A stretch of 64,000 nt of DNA from Dictyostelium discoideum. Lineage: Eukaryota. The notes under the pieces are model-generated. The model ran no database searches. It had not been told where the DNA came from and saw only the letters and a list, made by a program, of their open reading frames with translations. Position 1 is the stretch's first letter; the number at the start of each line of letters is the position of its first letter. Positions 52,500 to 64,000 of the stretch are shown in pieces. The stretch is from contig CM000155.2 of NCBI GenBank assembly GCA_000004695.1, forward strand, positions 2,624,001 to 2,688,000, written 5' to 3'. A program made the translations under genes and the position numbers.

Positions 52500-54068
52500 T
52501 CAAGCAAAATTCTTTTTAATAAAATTTCTAATTGGATCATTTCCTTCTTCTTTAACAACTAAAGTTTTTAAAGGATCATGAGACCAAATATAATAATCTT
52601 GTTCTTTTGCAAATTTTAATGTTGCAATATAACAATCATTTGTTGGAAATGAATTATAGAGTACAGATTTAGTATAAGTGATACGATTTCTTTCAGCTTC
52701 CCAAAGTAAGATTTGTTCAGCGACGACATCTGGTATTGGTTGACCAGAGTTGGCAGCATTTGGATGACTATTATGTCTAACAAAGTCAATGATTTGGTCA
52801 GCAGTTATACCATGAATCAAAGCGGTTCTAATACTCTCCCTCGTAATGATACCAACCGCTAAATTCGGTAACCTATATAACATCTTGACGAACAAACTCA
52901 ACAACGAGATTTGCAAAGAGGAAGAGGTGTATGCGTAAAGTCTGTAATTCGTCTCCAACACTATATAGCCCTGCTCCTTCTGAGTCTGAGTTCTCTCTGA
53001 CGAAATACTTTGTATCAACGACAACGTTTTACCAGTGGTCAATGAAATGATTAACCGAGTTGGATAAAACAGTATACTGCTATCAGTCCTCATATAAATC
53101 AAGCCAAACTGCTTCAATGCGAATAAATACTCTTTCTGCTGCTCAGACAATTCTGAAACTAAATAACCTCTACCCAAATTCAAAAATGATAACCTAAATA
53201 AAAAACTTAACAAATCATTTCTCGATCCGCTTCCTTTACCTTTCTTTTTCTCCAAATCATCCAAATAAACAATTAACAATGTCCAAATTTGTGTATAAAC
53301 ATCTTTTAATAAAAATTTAAACCCCTCTGATGTAATTGATAATCCATCACCCTCTTGTTTCGTTAAATTTGATGATAACAATAATTCCGATATTAACTTT
53401 GATGGTTGAACTGTATCATCCGATAAAAAATATAAAACTTTCTCCCATTGTGATTTTGAATATGAATCTAAATCATCAATACTTGGTGGTTTATGATTAT
53501 CTTTTATACTACTATTATTTGAAAATATTACTTGATTGCTTTAAAAAAATAAAAAAATAAATAAAAAAATTAGTAAATAATAATAAAAATAAAAAAATAA
53601 ATAATAAATAATAATTAAAATTTACACTTGAACTAATGACCTCTTTATATTATCTTGAAATAATGGATTTAATCTAATTGTTTGTTCAGTTTGTTGTTGT
53701 TGCTGTTGTTGTTGCTGTTGTTGTTGTGATGATGATTGTTGTGATGATTGTTGTTGTTGTGGTTGAATTGGTTTATTAATTTTATCTAAAAAGATAATTT
53801 TTAAATCAAATAATTTCTTTAATGATTCTTTATGTTGTTGTATTGATGCTTGTGTTGACCAATCCTTTGCTAAACTTAGAGGATAAGTATCAACTAATAA
53901 CATCTTTAATATATATTGTTTTGATCTTGGTGGTAATGATCTTAGAATTGCTTGACATGTCCATGGATCTTTATATAATTCTTCTAAATCTTTTGAATCT
54001 AAACTTGCTAAATATTGAAATACTTTTGAAAGTGTCATATTTATCTCTCTCTCTTTTCCAAACCCCAA
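52500..54068 (-). CDS. gtf2h4: General transcription factor IIH subunit 4 (p52 / Tfb2 homologue), two exons
   Basis: The exons are 53626-54068 (..LEELYKDPWTCQAILRSLPPRSKQYILKMLLVD.., a polyQ tract, ..LNPLFQDNIKRSLVQ, GTAAAT donor, phase 2) and 52500-53538, giving about 493 aa. The Tfb2 signature LY..P..C.AIFR.LP..AK and the conserved C-terminal region are present. Confidence 0.8.
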
Positions 54069-54104
54069 TAAATAAATGAAAAATAAAAAAAATAAAAAAA
54101 AAAA

Positions 54105-54137
<33 letters not shown>

Positions 54138-54242
54138 TGAAAAAATAAAAATAAAAATAAAAATTGTTTTTTTTATGAATTTCATATGAAACCAAGAAAA
54201 TAGATTTTTTTTTTTTTTTTTAATTTTAATTTTTATTTTTTT

Positions 54243-56181
<1,939 letters not shown>

Positions 56182-56200
56182 TTATTATTTATGAAAATAC

Positions 56201-56331
<131 letters not shown>

Positions 56332-56685
56332 TTAAAAAAAGAATCAAATGTTAAGAAAAAATTTCTTTTTAACCAATAAAAAAAAAAAAAAAAAAAAAAA
56401 AATGTTTATCAACTATTAAAATTAATTACAATATTTTTTTATTCCATACTTTCAAAAGTTTAAATTTTCCTATTTTTTTTTTTTTTTTTTTTTCCAAAGA
56501 TCTTCCACGCACGCAAGCAACAATTTCAAAAAAAAAAAAAAAAAAAATTAAAAAAAAAAAAAAAAAAAAAATTAAAAAAAAAAAAAAAAATTTTTGATTT
56601 TCACTTCATTATTAATTTTTTTTTTTTGACCATCAATTTGGGAAAATAAAAAAAAAAAAAAAAAAAAAAAAAAATAATAATAATA

Positions 56686-57061
56686 ATGAAAGTTTTAAAT
56701 AATTTATTATTATTTGTATTTTTAATATTCTTAGTTGGTTCAAATGTTGTTAATTCAACAAGCCAAACATGGATAAATCAAGATGTTCAACGTTCAATCG
56801 ATGTTACAACTCACCTCTCTAAAGAGAGTATCTCAATCAAAGCAAAATCATTAACCGATAAAAATGATATCTATCAAATTTCATTCAACTCTAAATATCA
56901 TGTTTCAATTCAAGCATTAGATTCTCAAAATAATGAATTAAAAGTTTATTTATCACCAAATTCAATCAATATTAAAGAAGGGTGAGTAAAAAAAAAAAAA
57001 AATAAAAAAAAAAAAAAAAATAAAAGATTTAAATATTAAATATCACACACCCACCCACACT

Positions 57062-57094
<33 letters not shown>

Positions 57095-58211
57095 CAGTAT
57101 TAATACTAATATTAAATAATTTAGATTTAAAACTTATAATATTGAATTAAAAAATAAAGTTAAAAAAGATGAAATTGTACAATTAAAAGTTAAAGTTACA
57201 TCAATGATTGAACAAATGATACCATATCCAAGTGAGATTAAACAAGGTCAAACTCAATTGGTATTATATTTGAATAATCATTACTTTACATCACCATACA
57301 AGACAGAGACACAAAAGACAACTGTTAAATTAGCATCAAGTAAGGTTGAATCTTACAGTGAGGAGCAACCAACCTCATTGAAGGGAATGACAGTCACCTA
57401 TGGTCCATACAGTGCAATTGAAGCATTCTCAGTAAGCCCAATGCGTATTCACTATGAGAATGGGTCACCATTTTTCGTACTCACCAATCTATTGAAAGAG
57501 TATGAAGTCTCACATTGGGGCAACCTCGCTGTGGAGACTCATTACCAATTGGAGAATAAGGGTGCCCATTTGGTAGGCGCATTCTCTCGTTTGGACTACC
57601 AACGTAACCCATCAGTAAACCCAAACCAAATCGCAGAGGTAAACGAAGCCGTGCCACTTTCAGCCACCGATTTCTACTATCGTGACTCGATTGGCAACAT
57701 TTCCACCTCCTCCTACCAATATCTCGCCAATCGTATCAACTTTAAGATTCAACCACGTTTCCCATTGATGGGTGGTTGGAAGAATACCTTTTACACTGGT
57801 TACAATCTCCCAATTGAGAAATTCCTCTCTGTCGATACCCTCACCGGTCAATATCATCTCAATGTTACCTTTGGTGTTGGTATTGACAATGTTTACGTTG
57901 AGAATCATATCTTGAAAGTCGTACTCCCAGAAGGTGCCACCGATATCAAAGTCCACGCTCCATTCGCTTTCACTCAATCTGAAGAAAATCGTAAAACTTA
58001 TCTCGACACCATCGGTCGTCCAGTTGTCGTCATCAACATCAAAGATACCGCCTCTGAAAACTATCGTTACATTCAAGTCACCTATAACCTCTCATCACTC
58101 TCTATCTTCCATGAACCATTATTAGTTATTGGTGCTGTCTTTACACTTTGTATTTTCATTATTTTATATTCACGTTTTGATTTATCAATTTCAAAATCAA
58201 AACAAATTTAA
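56686..58211 (+). CDS. ost1: Ribophorin I / oligosaccharyltransferase subunit 1, two exons
   Basis: The exons are 56686-56981 (signal peptide, then [23 protein letters not shown].., GTGAGT donor, phase 2) and 57125-58211, which ends with a C-terminal transmembrane segment. Blocks such as [42 protein letters not shown] and RFPLMGGWK align with human RPN1. Confidence 0.85.
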
Positions 58212-58287
58212 AATAAAATAAAAAATAATAAAAATAAAAAAAAAAAAAATAAAACTTATATATATAAAAAAAAAAGTTTATTTTATT

Positions 58288-58817
58288 TTATTGAATATAA
58301 TTATCTTTTCTAATAAAATCTCTATTTTGTTGTTTATAGGTTGTTTGAATTAAATTATAAAAAAATGTGTAATAGAATAAGAGATTATCATATTCACCAT
58401 TGTATTGATTATTATTTTGAGATAAATGAAATTCTTTGAAAAAGTAATAGATTGCTTCTATGGTTGCTAGATAACTGTCACCATGACGTTGGTGTCTCCA
58501 AAACATTGTTTTTTGCATATCGATCTTTACACATTTTATACCTTGTAATTTTGGATGTTTTAATATCTTTCTTGCATTATGCCATTGTGATTCAACGAAT
58601 AACACTTTCTTAATATTACTAAAATCAATATCCTTTACAAAACATGAATCTTCTGAAGGATATAACAATATAGTTTCATCTAAATTATAATCTGGTATTT
58701 CCTCTGGAAATTCTATAAATTTTACATCCTCATATGCTATAACTTTGGAATGAATTGCTGTACTTTTACTAATTAATTCGGTTGGATGATGAATACTTTA
58801 AATAAAAATAATTAGTA

Positions 58818-58905
<88 letters not shown>

Positions 58906-59203
58906 TTATTATAATTACTTACACATCAACATTTAAAGGTAATTTTAATTTTGGTGAGTTTTCAGGATCACCTAATGGTAAACAACAGTCATAACAAAAA
59001 TATTTTCTCTTTTTTTCACATTTTGTACAAATGGTTCTACTAATATCAATCATATGATCGAATGTATGTAATTTTAAATCTGATAACCATGATTGATCAT
59101 CTTTAACATTATCTAATACACCAACTGTTGATTTTAAATTATTATTTATATTACTTCCTTTTGGTTTTGGTTGTTCGTTTGAATCAACCTCTGTTTTTTT
59201 TAA

Positions 59204-59238
<35 letters not shown>

Positions 59239-59332
59239 TACTATTACTATTATTATTATTTGTAGTGGTATTTATAGTTGTTGTTTTTGTTTCTTCTTTT
59301 ATTGTAGTTGTTGGATTTTCAGGATTTTCCAT
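58288..59332 (-). CDS. DTW domain-containing protein (DTWD1/2-like tRNA acp3U aminocarboxypropyltransferase family), two exons
   Basis: The exons are 58923-59332 (polyN N-terminus, a Cys cluster CTKCEKKRKYFCYDCCLP, GTAAGT donor, phase 2) and 58288-58795 (..LLYPSEDS..VLFVESQWHNARKIL.. with the DTW-like motif). The intron carries an (ATT)n repeat. Confidence 0.6.
58820..58910. repeat. (ATT)n microsatellite inside the DTW-gene intron
   Basis: This is a direct read. Confidence 0.9.
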
Positions 59333-59408
59333 TATTCTTTGTATTTTTATTTATTTTAGAAATGAAAATGAAATTAAAATTATAAAAAAAAAATCTTGTG
59401 ACATATTC

Positions 59409-59453
<45 letters not shown>

Positions 59454-60278
59454 TTTTAACTTTTTTTTTTTTTTGAGAAATTTTCCAAATATTTTATTAT
59501 ATGACGATATAAAGGGGGGTTTAAATCAAAACTAAAAGTAAAAAAAAAAAAAAATTATTCTTTTGAAAAATGTGAGTTAATGATAGGAAATAGAGTTATT
59601 TTGGTTGGACTACAAAATGTTCCCAATTAGTCTATTTGGTAGTTGTATAAGAAAACATTGGTTTAAAGAGTAATAATGAGGGTGAAGTAAAAATGAATAA
59701 ACAATAAATAAAATTAAAATTAAAAAAATTAATTAGTTTTATTTTATTAATTAATTTTACTAATTTTTTGATTTTAAAAAACAGCAATTTATATTTTATT
59801 TTATTTTTTCCAAAAACAATTTTTTATTAGTTAATTTTTGGAAAGAATAAAAAGGAAAAATAAGAATAAACCTTAAAAAAAAAAAAAAAAAAAAAAAGAA
59901 AATAATAAAAATAAAAAATAACCCAATTTAATCAAATCAATTTATATATATATATTTTTTTTTTAATATTAGATTGTATTATGGATAAATATATATATAT
60001 TTTTTTCAATTACCCATAATTTTCCAAATTATCAAATAATAAAAATAATAAAAATAATAACAATATTAGTAATATGCTTAGTTGTAAAGAAAAAAAAAAA
60101 AACTGTCAAAGGAATTCCGATTTCATTAATTGGATTCGTTTTTTCATTTTTTTCAGAAAAAAAAAAAAATTAAAAAAAAATAAAAATATAAAATAAAAAA
60201 AATAAAAAAAATAAAAAAAACAAAAATTAAAAAAAAACAAAAATTTCAAACATTTTAATAAATTCCAAAACAACGAAA

Positions 60279-61396
60279 ATGAGCGAAACCACTGCAACCT
60301 CAACTACAACAACAAAAACAACAGATAAAGACAATGTAAATAATAATAATAATAATGAAAATAAAGAAGAAAAACAACCAATTAATATTATAGTTTTAGG
60401 TATGGCCGGTAGTGGTAAAACTACTTTATTACAAGTAAGTTTGAATTATATTTCTTTTTTTTTATATGCCGTATACATACCACACACAAATATAATAAGA
60501 ATAAAAAACTTATTATTTTATTTTTTTTTAAAAAAAAAGAGAATTAGAGCACATTTATATGAAAATAAAATACCAGGATATATTATAAATTTAGATCCAG
60601 CTGTTAGTAAATTACCATATACACCAAATATTGATATTAGAGATACAGTGAATTATAAAGAAGTTATGAAACAATTTAATTTAGGACCAAATGGGGGTAT
60701 TGTTACATCATTGAATTTATTTAGTACTAAATTCGATAAGGTATTGGAGATTGTTGAAAAGAGATCATCATCATTGGACTACATTATATTGGATACACCA
60801 GGACAAATCGAAGTATTCACATGGAGTGCATCAGGTACTATCATCACTGAATTGATGGCATCATCATTTCCAACTGTATTGGTATACGTTGTCGATACAC
60901 CACGTACCGTTGATCCTACTACCTTCATGTCCAATATGTTGTATGCCTGTAGTATAATGTACAAGAGTAAGCTACCAATGGTTGTGGCATTCAATAAGAT
61001 CGATATCACCAATCATCGTTTTGCAGAGGAGTGGATGTCTGATTTTGACTCTTTTCAAGACGCCCTCACCAACGATCCAACTTATATGGGCAATTTAACA
61101 AGATCACTTTCATTGGTTTTAGAAGAATTTTATTCAACACTTCAAAGTGTTGGTGTATCAGCTGTTGATGGTTCTGGTATCGATGAATTCTTTGAAAAGA
61201 TTGGTTTGGCCGCTCAAGATTATCATAAATACTATAAGGCTGACCTTGAAAAAATTAAAAAACAAAAATCTGATAAAGAACAAGCTGAAGCAAATAAAAA
61301 TTGGGAAAAATTAAAAAGAGATTTAGAAGAATCAAAAGGTGCAAAAGTTGAATATGATTTTAAAAGTATGTTTATTAAAAATTTAAATATATATGT

Positions 61397-61440
<44 letters not shown>

Positions 61441-61716
61441 ATAATAATAATAATACATAATTATTAATAATTATTTTATTTAATTTTTAATTTTTTTTTT
61501 TTATTTTAATCCAGAGGAAAAGAAAAGAGAAAACCAAGAAAAAACTAAAAATATTTATGATGATGAAGAGGATGATTATAGAGATGATCGTGATATGGAA
61601 GATTCAGGTGAATATGAAAGTTATGAAGATGAACAAGAAGAAGGTGATTATGAAAATGAAGAAGAAAGATTAGAAGATCAACGTGCATATGAATCTTTAA
61701 TGAGTTCAATTAAAAA

Positions 61717-61723
<7 letters not shown>
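60279..61723 (+). CDS. gpn1: GPN-loop GTPase 1 (XAB1/GPN1 homologue), three exons
   Basis: The exons are 60279-60434 (..[22 protein letters not shown] donor), 60540-61365 ([41 protein letters not shown]..; GTATGT donor, phase 1) and 61515-61723 (acidic tail). Long blocks match human GPN1 exactly, for example IDIRDTV.YKEVMKQ and [22 protein letters not shown]. Confidence 0.85.
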
Positions 61724-61752
<29 letters not shown>

Positions 61753-62278
61753 AAAATATTTGTTTTGTTTATTTTAATTTATTTTTAAATGAAATTGGTA
61801 GGTCTAAGAAACATTATTTTTTTTTTTCCTTTTTTTTAATTTTTGGAATATAAATAGGATAGACCCCTTTTTAAGAATTTTCTATTCCATAAAAATAAAT
61901 TCCACATCACTTTTATATTTATTTTTTTTTTTTATTTTTTTTTTTTTATTTTTTTTTTTTTATTTTTTTTTTTAAAGATATTTTCCATTTTTTTATTTTT
62001 TTTATTTTTTTTTTTTTATTTTTTTTTTAATTTTTTTCTTTTTTTTTTTTTATATTTTTTTAAAAAACACTCTCGCACTCACAATCGATTAATTAATATA
62101 AAAGTTTTATATTTTAATTATATATTTTTTTTTTTTTATTTATATTCCGAAATCGTTGTGTGTTTTTTTTTTTTTTATATTTAGTTTTATATATAACAAT
62201 TAAAAGTTTTTTTTTTTTTCCTCCCTTTGTAAATATAATAATTATAATAATAAAAATCAAATATAAAAATAGTAAAAA

Positions 62279-62624
62279 ATGATGAAAAAAAATAAACCAA
62301 CAGTAGCACAAACTTTATCACCAGAAGAAGAACAAGCAAAATTCTTTGAAGAAGCTAAAAACAATGTTATGATTCAAGGTCATCACATGAAATTATCTTT
62401 GGATAACTCAAAATTAATGGATGCACTCAAGTATGCCTCAAACATTATCAATGAACTCCGTACAAGTTTACTTTCACCAAAATCATATTATGCTCTCTAT
62501 TTAGTTGCTTTTGATTATCTTCAATACTTGAATACTTATCTCTATGAAGAGAAACATGGTAAGAAAATGATTGAACTTTATGAAGTTGTACAACATGCTG
62601 GTAATGTTTTACCAAGATTGTAAG

Positions 62625-62655
<31 letters not shown>

Positions 62656-64000
62656 GTTTTTTTACAAAATACTAATAATGTGTATATATATATTTTTATT
62701 TTTTTATTTTTTTTTTTACAATAGATATTTATTAATTACAGTTGGATCAGTTTATATTAAAACTAAACAAGCACCAGCAAAAGATGTATTAAAAGATTTA
62801 ATTGAAATGTGTAGAGGTGTTCAACATCCAACAAGAGGTTTATTTTTAAGACATTATCTTAGTGAAGTTACCAAAGATAAATTACCAGATATTGATTCAT
62901 CCGTTGAGAATGGTACAGTTATGGATTCAATTGATTTCATCATTCAAAATTTCACAGAGACTAATAAACTTTGGGTACGTATGCAACATCAAGCTCCAAC
63001 CAAAGATAGAGAGAGAAGAGAGAATGAACGTTTAGAGTTAAGATTATTGGTCGGTAAGAATTTATCACGTTTAGCACAACTCGATGGTGTTGATCAAAAA
63101 ACATATAGTGAAGTGGTTTTACCAAAGGTCGTAGAACAAATCATCAATTGTAAGGATAAAATCGCTCAACAATATTTAATGGAAATCTTAATTCAAGTAT
63201 TCCCAGATGAATTTCATTTGGCTACACTCGATATTATTCTTCAAACTTGTGCTCAACTTCAATCTGGTGTTGATGTTAAAACTATCATTGCTTCACTCAT
63301 TGATAGACTTGCTAACTTTGCAACTCGTAATGCTGATCTTGTTCCAGATAATATTAAAATTTTCGATATCTTTTTCAATAATGTTAAAGAAATTATTCAA
63401 GTAAGTAAAATTTTTTAAATATATATATTATTAATTATTAATTATTAATTATTTATTTATTTATTTTATTTTATTTTTTAGGCAAGACCAAATATGGAAT
63501 TACAAGATATTTTAGGATTACATGTATCTTTATTAAATTTAACACTTAAATGTTATCCAACTAATAAAGATAATGCTAATGAAGTATTAGGATTATGTCA
63601 ATCAATTATTGTTAATAAGGCCAAAGAAGATATTAACAAACCAACATGTGTTAAACAAATCATTCAATTATTACAAATTCCATTGGATGTATTCAAGAAT
63701 GTATTGGTTGTATTGAAATTGAGTAACTATCAACCATTGATTTCATGTTTATCATATAACAATAGAAAGAAGGTTTCATTGGATATTGTAAACAATACCA
63801 TCAACAATAGTACAATCATTGAAGAGCCAGAAGCAGTTAACAATCTCTTGGAGACCATTCAAACCTTGATCAAGGATGAACAAGATCAACCAGATATGGA
63901 TGACATCGATAAGGAAGACTTCCAAGAGGAACAAAATAAAGTCGCCTCACTCATTCATCTCTTTGATAGCGAAGATCCAGAGAAACTATTCAAGATTTAC
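62279..64000 (+). CDS. vps35: Vacuolar protein sorting-associated protein 35 (retromer), 5' portion; continues beyond the window
   Basis: The exons are 62279-62619 (..KLMDALKYASNIINELRTSLLSPKSYYALY.., GTAAGT donor), 62725-63400 (YLLITVGSVYIKT..CRGVQHPTRGLFLRHYL..WVRMQHQ..FPDEFHL..) and 63482 to beyond 64000. The match to human VPS35 is strong throughout. Confidence 0.9.

Overview
This window is an AT-rich Dictyostelium-type eukaryotic nuclear region: about 75-80% A+T, long homopolymer runs, short AT-rich GT..AG introns, and polyQ/polyN coding microsatellites. It is gene-dense on both strands. I recognise three RNA polymerase III genes at the left end: two tRNA-Ala(AGC) copies, each with a downstream external B box, and one tRNA-Leu(UAA). 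I also recognise about 25 protein-coding genes. Most are conserved housekeeping genes identified from their translated exons: eIF3f, a U2SURP-like RRM-SURP-CID protein, GRASP, frataxin, an SMYD-like SET/MYND protein, TRMT2A-like tRNA m5U methyltransferase, a kinesin, NAA25 (NatB auxiliary subunit), TFIIH p52, RuvB-like 1, ribophorin I, a DTW-domain protein, GPN1 and VPS35 (the last truncated by the window end). The accessory content is two FNIP-repeat genes; a large two-kinase-domain locus with apparent frame disruptions; a B-box/coiled-coil protein fused to a P-loop GTPase; and a tandem pair of about 18-exon PA14 + Cys-rich (psi-family-like) genes with many small exons and intronic (ATT)n microsatellites. 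One copy of that pair appears frame-disrupted at its last splice junction. All exon coordinates were derived by eye from the sequence and may be off by a base or two.
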